A DNA stretch of 64,000 nucleotides from an uncultured Collinsella sp. (lineage in GTDB: Bacteria > Actinomycetota > Coriobacteriia > Coriobacteriales > Coriobacteriaceae). This document shows, in pieces, positions 46,063-55,085 of the stretch. A program made the translations under genes and the position numbers. The notes beneath the pieces were generated by a model. It searched no databases. It saw only the letters and a list, made by a program, of their open reading frames with translations, and had not been told where the DNA came from. Position 1 is the stretch's first letter, and every line of letters begins with the position of its first letter. Location: positions 4,421 through 68,420 of the forward strand of contig CAAFQK010000109.1 in NCBI GenBank assembly GCA_900765115.1, written 5' to 3'.

Positions 46063-46857
46063 CTAGTCCGTAACACCGCTTTCGGTTCCATACGACGGCG
46101 AAGGCACCTCGACCACATGGTGATATCGATCAATATAGATTGCACGGGCACCCAGGCGTCGCACCAAATCCTGGTGATGCGTGCTCATCAAGACCGTCTT
46201 ACCCGCCGCGACGTAGGCCAGCAAGAAGTTGACCACAATGTCGCATGAATCCTCGTCGAGCCCATTGGTAGGTTCGTCGAGGACCAAGATATCCGGGTTC
46301 ATCGACACCACCGCAGCCAGCGCAACGCGCTTCTTTTGCCCGCCCGAGAGCTGATAGGGAGAGGCGTTGGCAAGGTCGGCAACCTGGAACAGCCCCATGG
46401 CATCGCGCACGCGGCGCTCGAGCTCGTCTGCCGGCAGCCCCATCTGCGCGGGACCAAAAGCAACTTCCTCGCCCACCGTAGCGCAAAACAGCTGGGCGTC
46501 GGCATTCTGGAACACAAAGCCCACGCGCTGATGAAAACGCTGAGCGGCCGCGGAATCCTTTAGAAACGCCGCATCGATCACATGCCCGTCAAACAGGTAT
46601 GCGCCGGCATCCGCGAGCTCAAGGCCGTTGATAAGGCGCATGATCGTCGTCTTGCCGCAGCCGTTGGGACCGAGCAGGGCAACGAGTTCACCACGATCGA
46701 TCTGCAGCGACACGCCATCGACAACCGTATGGCCCGCATAGGAGAACACCACGTCGCGCAGCTCGATGAGCGGCGCGACCTCGGCGCCGCCCGCACCGTT
46801 TGTGCCCGTCACGCTATTCGTATCGATCGTCAAAACGTCGCCCTTCCCCATTTGCAT
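46063..46857 (-). CDS. cbiO: ECF transporter ATPase (CbiO/NikO)
   Basis: GPNGCGKTT, FQNADAQ, LSGGQ and LDEPT motifs. Confidence 0.9.
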   Translation of the reverse strand: MQMGKGDVLTIDTNSVTGTNGAGGAEVAPLIELRDVVFSYAGHTVVDGVSLQIDRGELVALLGPNGCGKTTIMRLINGLELADAGAYLFDGHVIDAAFLKDSAAAQRFHQRVGFVFQNADAQLFCATVGEEVAFGPAQMGLPADELERRVRDAMGLFQVADLANASPYQLSGGQKKRVALAAVVSMNPDILVLDEPTNGLDEDSCDIVVNFLLAYVAAGKTVLMSTHHQDLVRRLGARAIYIDRYHHVVEVPSPSYGTESGVTD

Positions 46858-46879
46858 CCCCAGTCGGAACCAGCAGCGC

Positions 46880-47722
46880 CTACAGCACGGCGCACAACAC
46901 TGTCAGCAGCGCCACGCCGGCCGCATAGGCCGCATCGCGCCAGCCAAACCTGGCGCGCGCGGGAGCCGGATACGCACCGGCAAAGCCGCGGCAAAGCATA
47001 GCCTCGTCCATCGCGCGGCTGCATTTCATCGCCTTGATAAAGGTCATGCCCATGATACCCGCGATCGAATCGGTACGCGAAAATCCCTCGGGCGCACGGC
47101 CAACGCTGCGCAGCATGACCGATTCGCACAGATCGTGCGCCGTACGACCCAGCACCTCGATGTGCTTGAGCGCCATATCAAACGTAAAGATAACTTCGTC
47201 GGGTAGATGCAGCATCTTGAGCGCCGCCGACATGCGGCTCCACGTGAGGGTCCACGAAACGCCCAGCACCAGCGACACATTAATGAAGGTCTTGAGCGCA
47301 ATCTTGAGCATGGCGCCCGTAGCGGAAGCACCCAGCAGCAGGGCAGGCAGCGCCAAAACCACTGCGAGCCCCGCGGCGCCAAGCGCCGGCACAAAGGTCG
47401 CGCGCAGCCCGCGTACGGGACGCACGGCAACGAGCACCAGCGCAATGGCCGCCATCAACATGAGGTACAGCGGGCTTTGTGTCAGGCACACGCACAGGAC
47501 GCAAACGAATATCCCCACCAGGCGCACCGGAGCCGAAACGCAAGAAAGGGCGCGGTCGACCATCGACCCGCCCTCGTGCGCGCCTCCACCCAGGCGAACC
47601 CGCTCAAGCAGGCTCGCCAGGTGCAGGACGTTCTTTTGCATCACGCGATGACGAGCGCCCGTGGGCTCGTAACGCTGCACGACCGCAAGCCAGCTAGGCA
47701 GCTCGACCATCGCCATGGGCAC
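46880..47722 (-). CDS. cbiQ: ECF transporter T component (CbiQ/NikQ)
   Basis: TM helices; LRS and CRGF motifs. Confidence 0.85.
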   Translation of the reverse strand: MPMAMVELPSWLAVVQRYEPTGARHRVMQKNVLHLASLLERVRLGGGAHEGGSMVDRALSCVSAPVRLVGIFVCVLCVCLTQSPLYLMLMAAIALVLVAVRPVRGLRATFVPALGAAGLAVVLALPALLLGASATGAMLKIALKTFINVSLVLGVSWTLTWSRMSAALKMLHLPDEVIFTFDMALKHIEVLGRTAHDLCESVMLRSVGRAPEGFSRTDSIAGIMGMTFIKAMKCSRAMDEAMLCRGFAGAYPAPARARFGWRDAAYAAGVALLTVLCAVL

Positions 47723-48779
47723 CGCTTTCCTTGACCGTCAGCGAGATCAGACGGAATGCGATGGTGAGCACCGCCACGCCAATCACGCCGGACAGGATAT
47801 ACATGGCAGCCTGACCGGCAAAGCCGAGACCCTGCTCCTCGGAATAGGCCTGCAGGTAATCACCCGTAGGCAGCGCATCGGCAAAGGTCGGGGTGTCGAG
47901 ACCGACCGAAGCCTGCAGACTGTCGTCACCAGCCTCCTGAACGGCAGTCGCGGCGCCCTCAGCGTCCCACTCGCCCCAGGCGTCACCGGTAGCAAGCAAG
48001 CCGAGCGGCGTAGCCACGACAAGCACGGCGACCAGGATGAGCGTGGGGACCAGCGAGGTCTTCTTAGCAGCAGTGCCCTCGGCAGCAAGCTGGCCATCGA
48101 CGGCCTCGGGCCCGACGATAACGCTCGGCGCCGTCTTCTTAATGAAACCGTAGATGGCGGCCGTCGCCACGCCCTCGACCACGCCGGCAACCAACATATG
48201 CGGAATCATCATAGCCGGAATGGCAATGGACAGCGGGAAGGGGCAGTACAGCGGAGCGCCCGAAGCATTCGTGAAAAGCATCGGCTGAATACCAAACTCG
48301 ATTGCTGCGCACAGGGCCGCCAGGCACAGGCCGACCCAGCCGCTTACGATGGCCGAAACCGAGGTGCCCCAGCTCTTGTCTTGCAAACGGCTGTTAAGCG
48401 CGCGGAACACGATGGCTGCGGCAAACGGCAACACGAAGGCCATGTTAAAGCAGTTAGCGCCAAAGGACAGGATGCCGCCGTCGCCAAACAGCAGCGCTTG
48501 CAGCGCCAGCGCGACCGAAACCGCGATAGCCGCGGCCTCGGGGCCCAGCAGCAGCGCGATGAGTGCGCCACCAACGGCGTGGCCAGTGGTGCCGCCGGGC
48601 AGCGGCACGTTGAACATCATGAGCAAGAAGGAGAACGCGGCGCAGATGCCCAGGAAAGCCATGTGCTCGCGATCGAGCGTGGCGCGCACCTTCTTGATGC
48701 AGTGGACCCAAACGGGCACCATCGCCACCGCCATGACGGCATCGGTCTGCGGGGACAGATAATTATCTGGAATGTGCAT
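47694..48779 (-). CDS. cbiM: Ni/Co ECF substrate component CbiM/NikM fused to a NikN-like region
   Basis: MHIPDNYL N-terminus; GTTGH and WGEW motifs. Confidence 0.9.
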   Translation of the reverse strand: MHIPDNYLSPQTDAVMAVAMVPVWVHCIKKVRATLDREHMAFLGICAAFSFLLMMFNVPLPGGTTGHAVGGALIALLLGPEAAAIAVSVALALQALLFGDGGILSFGANCFNMAFVLPFAAAIVFRALNSRLQDKSWGTSVSAIVSGWVGLCLAALCAAIEFGIQPMLFTNASGAPLYCPFPLSIAIPAMMIPHMLVAGVVEGVATAAIYGFIKKTAPSVIVGPEAVDGQLAAEGTAAKKTSLVPTLILVAVLVVATPLGLLATGDAWGEWDAEGAATAVQEAGDDSLQASVGLDTPTFADALPTGDYLQAYSEEQGLGFAGQAAMYILSGVIGVAVLTIAFRLISLTVKESGAHGDGRAA

Positions 48780-48836
48780 GCACGCCTCCCGGTTATCGGC
48801 GCACGGAATTGCAACGCCGCTTAAATCACCTTGTCA

Positions 48837-48864
48837 GTGTTACGCATTGTCAGATTCGTAACAC
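48837..48864. promoter_or_regulatory. NikR-type operator
   Basis: GTGTTAC-N14-GTAACAC just downstream of a minus-strand TATGAT -10, upstream of the Ni/Co transporter. Confidence 0.65.
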
Positions 48865-49025
48865 GCCGCGGGCTATCATAGCAAAACGGCGCACTGCCGA
48901 CAAAGCAGCACGCCGTTATGTAATGCGCGTGTCATATATGAAGGCTCAACGGTGCCTCATACCGAGCATAGCGGTCACGTAGGACTCGACGGCAGCCACC
49001 GCCGACCCATACCCCAGCGCAAGCC

Positions 49026-51479
49026 CTATCCGCGGACCTCGCCGTTTACGCCCTTGCATACCTTGGTGACGATCTTCTGGTGCGCCTTCTCGACCTCTTC
49101 GCTGGTGAGCGTGTGGTCGTCGGAGCGATACGTAAGCGCAAAGGCCATGGACTTCTTGCCCGCTCCGATGCGGATGGGATCGCGGTAGACGTCGAACAGG
49201 CGCACGCCCTCGAGCAGCTTGCCGCCGGCGCTGGTAATGCGGCGCTCAAGATCCTCGCAGGTCACAGTGTTGTCGACCACGATAGCAAGGTCGTGCTCAA
49301 CGGCCGGGTACTGCGAGAACTCACGGTAGTTCTCCTGGTTGCGGGCGCCCTTGATCAGCTTGTCCAGGTCGAGCTCAAAGGCAACGACGACCTCGTCAAT
49401 GCCCATAGCCTCGCGCGCCTCGGGGTGGATCTCGCCAACCCAGCCCAGCACGGTACCGCCCGAGAGCACCTCGGCAGCACGACCCGGCTGCAGGAAGGCA
49501 TAGCTCTCGCCCTCGACGGGACGGAATCGAACCTTCTCGATGCGCAGCTGAGCAAGCAGCTCCTCGACAATGCCCTTGCCAAAGAAGAAGCGCAGCTTAC
49601 GGTACTTCATGTTCCAGGACTGCTCGCTCCACTGGCCCGAGAGCACGCCCGCTACGGACTTGGTCTCCTTGGGCAGGCTGGCGTTCTCGCGACCGTGGAA
49701 CAAGCTGCCGACCTCGTACAGGTGCACGTTGGGCGTGCCGTGGGCCTCGTTATAGGCCACGGATTGCAGCAGGCCCGGCAGCAGCGAACGGCGCATCTCG
49801 GTCTGCTCGGCCACCAGCGGGTTCATGAGCACCACGGGGCAGCCGCGGCCCTCGGTGGACATGCCAATCTTCTCCAGGTCGCCCGGGGCGGCAAAGCCAA
49901 AGGTCGTGGTCTCGTTGAGGCCACAGGCGCGCAGGATCTCGCCAACCTTGCGGGTAAGCTTCTGCTCGCGCGTCAGACCGCCGATGTGGTTCTTGGCAGC
50001 CGGAATGGTCGCCGTGACGCGACCCATGCCCCACAGGCGCAGGACCTCCTCGATCAGGTCGATCTCACGCGGCAGGTCGGGACGGAAGCTCGGCGGCGTG
50101 ACCATAAAGTCCTCGCCGTCGCGCTCGACGGTGCAGCCCAGGCGGGTGAGCGAGCGCTCGATAAAGTCGGGCTCGATGTCGGCACCGCAGATGGCGTGCA
50201 CGCGGGCCAGGCGCAGCTTAATGCTGTCGATGGTCTTGGGCGCGGGGAAAACGTCGACATAGCCGGGAGCAACCTCGCCGCCGGCGATCTCCTCGATGAG
50301 CGCGCACGTCACATTGGCGACGTCCACGCAGCCGGTCTCGTCGACCTGGCGCTCAAAGCGGATGGAGGCGTCGGAGATCAGCGAAAGGTCGCGGCTGGTG
50401 TGCGAGGTGCGGCCGGCGTTGAAGCAGGCACTCTCGACCATCACGTCAACGGTATCGTCCTCGATCTCGGAATCCATGCCACCCATAACGCCGGCCAACG
50501 CCACGGGGCGCTCGCCGTCGGTGATGAGGCCCATGCCGGCGTCGAGCACGCGCTCCTCGCCGTCGAGCGTCGTGAACTTCTCGTCCTGCTGGGCGGCACG
50601 AACCACCACACGACGGTGGCCATCGCGCTCGGCAAAGGTGTCCAGGTCAAAGGCGTGCAGCGGCTGACCGGTGAGCATCATCACGTAGTTGGTGATGTCG
50701 ACGATGTTGTTGTGCGGGCGCACGCCCAGGGCGTTGAGGCGCTTGACCATCCAGTCTGGCGACGGGCCGACCTTGACGTTGCGCACGATGCGGGCAACGT
50801 AGCGGTCGCACAGGCCCTCGTCGGCGATCTCGACAGAAAGCTCGTCGTCGGTCGCGCGGCCGGTCTCGACCTTGATGGCGGGCAGCTCAACGTGGAAATC
50901 TCGATCGAAGATGGCGCCGGTCTCGCGGGCCATGCCGATCATGGACAGGCAGTCGGGACGATTGGGCGTGATCTCGCAGTCGAGCACGGTGTCGCTCGAG
51001 CCCACGTACTCGGCAAACGGCATGCCGCAGGGCGTATCCTCGGGCAGGATCATAATGCCGGAGTGGTCGCCGCCCAGGCCGAGCTCGCGCGCGGAGCAGT
51101 TCATGCCCATGGACACGACGCCGCGAAGCTTGCTCTTCTTGATCTTGACGTCGCCGGGCAGGACAGCGCCGATCATGGCCGTGACGATGTGGTCGCCGGC
51201 CTCGAAGTTCTGCGCGCCGCAGACGATCTGCAGCGGGGCGGGGTTGCCGTCGGCGTCGAGGTTCTTGTCACCCACGTCGACCGAGCACACATACATGTGG
51301 TCGCTATCGGGGTGCGGGGTCTTGGTGAGCACCTTGGCAGTCACCACGTGGTCGAAGGACTCGCCCACGGTGTCGATCGCCTCGACCTCGGTGCCGGTAC
51401 GGATATATTCGTCCGAAAGGGTCTTGGGATCCTCCGGAATATCGATCATGGTCTTGAGCCAGTCGTAAGAAACACGCAT
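49026..51479 (-). CDS. pheT: Phenylalanine--tRNA ligase beta subunit
   Basis: QIVCGA, ITPNRPD, DITNY, DLIEEV and FDVY motifs. Confidence 0.97.
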   Translation of the reverse strand: MRVSYDWLKTMIDIPEDPKTLSDEYIRTGTEVEAIDTVGESFDHVVTAKVLTKTPHPDSDHMYVCSVDVGDKNLDADGNPAPLQIVCGAQNFEAGDHIVTAMIGAVLPGDVKIKKSKLRGVVSMGMNCSARELGLGGDHSGIMILPEDTPCGMPFAEYVGSSDTVLDCEITPNRPDCLSMIGMARETGAIFDRDFHVELPAIKVETGRATDDELSVEIADEGLCDRYVARIVRNVKVGPSPDWMVKRLNALGVRPHNNIVDITNYVMMLTGQPLHAFDLDTFAERDGHRRVVVRAAQQDEKFTTLDGEERVLDAGMGLITDGERPVALAGVMGGMDSEIEDDTVDVMVESACFNAGRTSHTSRDLSLISDASIRFERQVDETGCVDVANVTCALIEEIAGGEVAPGYVDVFPAPKTIDSIKLRLARVHAICGADIEPDFIERSLTRLGCTVERDGEDFMVTPPSFRPDLPREIDLIEEVLRLWGMGRVTATIPAAKNHIGGLTREQKLTRKVGEILRACGLNETTTFGFAAPGDLEKIGMSTEGRGCPVVLMNPLVAEQTEMRRSLLPGLLQSVAYNEAHGTPNVHLYEVGSLFHGRENASLPKETKSVAGVLSGQWSEQSWNMKYRKLRFFFGKGIVEELLAQLRIEKVRFRPVEGESYAFLQPGRAAEVLSGGTVLGWVGEIHPEAREAMGIDEVVVAFELDLDKLIKGARNQENYREFSQYPAVEHDLAIVVDNTVTCEDLERRITSAGGKLLEGVRLFDVYRDPIRIGAGKKSMAFALTYRSDDHTLTSEEVEKAHQKIVTKVCKGVNGEVRG

Positions 51480-51562
51480 CTAGCTCTCCTTTCATACTGA
51501 AAGCCTGCGAAGAGATGCAGGTGGAAACTTCAACTTTGTGAACATTCCTTACAAAGCGAGGG

Positions 51563-51655
51563 TTGTCCAAGTGCGGCAGATCGGCCCGAAAGAGGAGCGC
51601 CGCGTACTTTGGTACGCAAGCGACGAATGAGCGCCGAGGTGCCGTGCTTGGGCAA
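51563..51655. repeat. Long imperfect palindrome between pheS and pheT
   Basis: TTGTCCAAGTGCGGCA..TCGGC..GCGTAC-TTTG-GTACGC..GCCGA..TGCCGTGCTTGGGCAA. Confidence 0.6.
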
Positions 51656-51663
51656 GCCGCAGC

Positions 51664-52740
51664 CTAGAACTGATTCAGGAAACGCATATCGCCCGTCATG
51701 AGCGTTCTGAGGTCGGGCAGGTCGTAGCGCAGTGCTGCGACGCGCTCGGCGCCAATGCCAAAGGCGAAGCCGGTGTACTTCTCGGGGTCGATGCCGCAGT
51801 TGATCAGGACGTTGGGGTCGACCATGCCGCAGCCCAGGATCTCGATCCAGCCGCTGTGCTTGCAGAAGTTGCAGCCCTTGCCGCCGCAGACGTGGCAGCT
51901 CACGTCCACCTCGCAGGAAGGCTCGGTGAAGGGGAAGAAATGCGGGCGGTAGCGCGTCTTGCGGTCCTCGCCGAACATGCACTTAACAAAGTAGTCGAGC
52001 GTGCCCTTAAGATCGCCAAAGGTGATGCCCTCGTCGACGACCAGACCCTCAATCTGGTTGAACTGCGGCAGGTGGCAGGCATCGGCCGTGTCGGGACGGT
52101 AGACGGTGCCCGGGCAGATCATATAGATGGGCGGTTTCTGCGACTCCATGGTGTGGATCTGCACGCCCGAGGTCTGGGTGCGCAGCAGCACGTCGGACTC
52201 GCCGTGGGCGTGAGCCTCGGGGTGCGCGACGCTGCCGGGGTTGTTGTCGACCACGTAGAAGGTATCGCGGGCCGAGCGGCTCGGGTGATCCATGGGGGCG
52301 TTGAGCGCGGTAAAGTTGTAATAGGAGGTGTCGACCATGGGGCCGGACTCGACGGTGTAGCCGATGCCGCAGAAGATGTCCTCGGCCTCCTCGATGATCT
52401 GCTTGATCAGGTGCTGGTGACCAATCTGCGGACGGATGCCCGGCAGCGTGATGTCGACGGCCTCGTGCTCGAGTGCGTGCTTGAGGGCGGCGGCCTTCAT
52501 CTCGGTGGTGCGCTCGTCGAGCATGCCCTCGATCAGCTGGCGCATCTCGTTGGCGCGCTTGCCCATCACGGGACGATCCTCGGGGGCGAGCTTGCCCATC
52601 ATGCGCATCAGGCCGGTGATGCGGCCCTTACGACCGAGCAGCTCAACGCGCGCAGCCTCGAGCTTGGCGGCATCGTCGGCGCCTGCAACGAGCTCCTTGG
52701 CCTCTTCCTCGAGTTTGACCAGATCATCAATCAGACTCAT
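51664..52740 (-). CDS. pheS: Phenylalanine--tRNA ligase alpha subunit
   Basis: LLRTQTS, FPFTEPS and GFAFGIG motifs; start at MSLIDD. Confidence 0.97.
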   Translation of the reverse strand: MSLIDDLVKLEEEAKELVAGADDAAKLEAARVELLGRKGRITGLMRMMGKLAPEDRPVMGKRANEMRQLIEGMLDERTTEMKAAALKHALEHEAVDITLPGIRPQIGHQHLIKQIIEEAEDIFCGIGYTVESGPMVDTSYYNFTALNAPMDHPSRSARDTFYVVDNNPGSVAHPEAHAHGESDVLLRTQTSGVQIHTMESQKPPIYMICPGTVYRPDTADACHLPQFNQIEGLVVDEGITFGDLKGTLDYFVKCMFGEDRKTRYRPHFFPFTEPSCEVDVSCHVCGGKGCNFCKHSGWIEILGCGMVDPNVLINCGIDPEKYTGFAFGIGAERVAALRYDLPDLRTLMTGDMRFLNQF

Positions 52741-52825
52741 GTCTTCCCTTTCGTCTCTCGCGCTCCCCGCTTGCCGAGGCGGCTGCCGCCGTCTGACGTT
52801 GCGAAAACGCGGCCCGGTTCGGTAA

Positions 52826-53110
52826 CAAAAAACCGCCCTCGGGCATGTGCATTGCCCAAGGACGGTTGAATTCCGCGGTACCACCTTGTTTGACCCGGCG
52901 GATGTCTGGCCCGCCGTGCCCACTCTGCGCCCCTTGTCGCGAGGCTCACGGCTTCCCTACTGGGGCTTCGCTGCCACCGGCCGCGCGCCCGTTGAGGTCG
53001 CTGCTCGGGAGTGAACGCTTGGCCCTTGTCACCGCAGGAAGGCTTGCAGCCCATGACCTTCCCTCTCTTGCCGGCGACGCGGCGGGCAAAACCCTCTCCG
53101 TCAACGCATT
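52826..53110 (-). ncRNA. T-box riboswitch (Phe specifier) with intrinsic terminator
   Basis: AACAAGGTGGTACCGCGG at 52873-52890; specifier TTC at 53013-53015; AG-bulge/GCTG stem I motifs; terminator CCGTCCTTGGGCA..TGCCCGAGGGCGG-TTTTTT. Confidence 0.92.
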
Positions 53111-53244
53111 GGGCTATAGGATAACACATTCTGCGAGCATATCGCCGCGTTCCGTTTTGTTCGTGCTGGGTACAAGGCAGGTAGCTGTGCAAACTGGCCG
53201 TGCGCCCATCCATGGCGCTCGGCTCGCGAGATCAAGGATATGGT

Positions 53245-54819
53245 ATGGGTAAGAAGCACGATAAGAAGACCAAGCCCGCAGTGGGCAAGACGCCCAAAGG
53301 CATGAAGGTCGATAAGGCCGTCAAAAAATTCCGCAAGCTCGAGGGCAAGCTGTGGACTCGCGAGTACCTGCTCAAGATTGCCGAGTTCGATGGCGCGACG
53401 ATTGCCCCCGCCAACGGCGCCGCGGCCCGCGCCGATGCTATGGGGACCCTTGCCGGCGAGCACCATAAGCTCCTGACCAGCGAAAAGTCTGTCGAACTCG
53501 TGCACTCGCTGGCACGCGAGACCGTCGCCGGCGGCAAGATCGACGACCCGCAGCTGCTTGACGAGATCCGCGTGCTCGGCCGCGACCAGCGCGAGGCAAG
53601 CGCCATCCCCACCGAGGAGGCCGAAGCCTGGACCAGGCTCACCTGCGAGGCCGACGCCGTGTGGCACAAGGCCAAGACGGCCAACGACTGGGCGAGCTTT
53701 GAGCCCTATGTGGATAGAATCGTCGCCCAACTTAAGCATCAGGCCGAACTCATGGACCCCAAGCGCGACCCATACGATGTTTGGCTCGACCAGTACGAGC
53801 GCGGCCTTTCCACCGAGAGCTTCGACGCGTTTTGCGACGAGGTCAAGGCCACGGTCGTGCCGCTCGTGCACGCCATCGGCGAGCGCGGCCAGCAGCCCGC
53901 TGCAGACTTTTTGCACGCGCATGTGCCCGAGGCCGCCCAGCGTGCCATGAGCTTCGACCTGATGAAGCTCGTCGGCCTGAACCTGGACGACACCACGCTT
54001 GCCTTTACCGAGCATCCGTTTAGCGAGGGCTTTGCCGTGGGCGACGCGCGCATCGCGACGCACATCTACGAGGACGACTGCATCTCCAATGTCTACAGCA
54101 TCATCCACGAGGCGGGACACACCATGTACGAGCTGGGCGTCAATCCCGCCTATGCGCGCACCTGCCTGGAGGGCGGCACCTCCATGGGCATCCACGAGAG
54201 CCAGAGCCGCTTCTTTGAGAACACCGTAGGCCGCAGCCGCGCTTTTATGGGACCGCTGCTCGAGGTGCTGCGCCGCCACGCGCCCGAGGTCTATGGCAGC
54301 GTGGACGAGGACACGCTCTACCGCGCCGTGAACATCGCGCAGCCGTCGTTGATCCGCACCGAGGCCGACGAGCTCACCTACCCGCTGCATATTATGGTGC
54401 GCTACGAGATTGAACGCATGCTGTTTGCCGGCGAAGCCACGGCCAAGGACATCCCCGCGCTTTGGAATCGCTTTATGGACGAGTACCTGGGCATTCCCGT
54501 TCCCGACGACACGCACGGCTGTCTACAGGATACGCACTGGAGCGGCGGCTCGTTTGGCTACTTCCCCACGTATGCGCTGGGCAGTGCCTACGATGCCATG
54601 TTTGTGCCGGCCATGTGCCGCGACGGTGTCGACCTCAACGGCGCCTGTGCGAGCGGCGACCTGGCACCCGTCCGCGCCTGGCTGGGCGAGCACATTTGGC
54701 AGTGGGGCCGCGCCAAGGACGCGCCGGAGCTCATCAAGGGCGCGTGCGGCATGGCGTTCGATGCCCGCTACTACTGCAGCTACCTGCAGGACAAGTTCAC
54801 CACGCTCTACGAGCTGTAA
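53245..54819 (+). CDS. Carboxypeptidase, M32 family
   Basis: HPF, HEAGH, HESQ, IRTEAD and GYFPTYALG motifs. Confidence 0.93.
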   Translation: MGKKHDKKTKPAVGKTPKGMKVDKAVKKFRKLEGKLWTREYLLKIAEFDGATIAPANGAAARADAMGTLAGEHHKLLTSEKSVELVHSLARETVAGGKIDDPQLLDEIRVLGRDQREASAIPTEEAEAWTRLTCEADAVWHKAKTANDWASFEPYVDRIVAQLKHQAELMDPKRDPYDVWLDQYERGLSTESFDAFCDEVKATVVPLVHAIGERGQQPAADFLHAHVPEAAQRAMSFDLMKLVGLNLDDTTLAFTEHPFSEGFAVGDARIATHIYEDDCISNVYSIIHEAGHTMYELGVNPAYARTCLEGGTSMGIHESQSRFFENTVGRSRAFMGPLLEVLRRHAPEVYGSVDEDTLYRAVNIAQPSLIRTEADELTYPLHIMVRYEIERMLFAGEATAKDIPALWNRFMDEYLGIPVPDDTHGCLQDTHWSGGSFGYFPTYALGSAYDAMFVPAMCRDGVDLNGACASGDLAPVRAWLGEHIWQWGRAKDAPELIKGACGMAFDARYYCSYLQDKFTTLYEL

Positions 54820-54841
54820 GGCATAACCGACACGCCAACGC

Positions 54842-54883
54842 AAAGGGGACGCCGCGAAACCAATCCGCAGCGTCCCCTTTTTT
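54842..54883 (+). terminator. Terminator after the M32 peptidase
   Basis: GGGGACGC...GCGTCCCC-TTTTTT. Confidence 0.8.
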
Positions 54884-54946
54884 CACCCAATAACTAGGTA
54901 CCCAATGACTAGTTCGTTGACGCTAATGTCTTGGCAACGTCAGCGA

Positions 54947-55045
54947 AAACGGCCCCAAGCGAGCAAGGTGACGTGAAATGAAAGGGCGCTGACCTTCTGG
55001 TCGCGCCCTTGAAATTGAACGTCAGATTGCCGCTTGGGGCCGTTT
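54947..55045. repeat. Long imperfect palindrome between convergent genes
   Basis: AAACGGCCCCAAGCG..TGACGT..AAGGGCGC.GACC-TTCT-GGTC.GCGCCCTT..ACGTCA..CGCTTGGGGCCGTTT. Confidence 0.6.
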
Positions 55046-55085
55046 GCAGCGTCGAGCAGCTACGCGGTTTGGTAAAACCGCGTAG

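Noticed and set aside
48780..49025. Cobalamin riboswitch upstream of cbiM
   Set aside because: No B12-box or conserved core visible; an operator palindrome is present instead.
49080..51500. 806-aa plus-strand ORF (similar shadows over wecB, pyk, glmM, M32, tad genes and DUF4012)
   Set aside because: Antisense shadows of well-supported genes.
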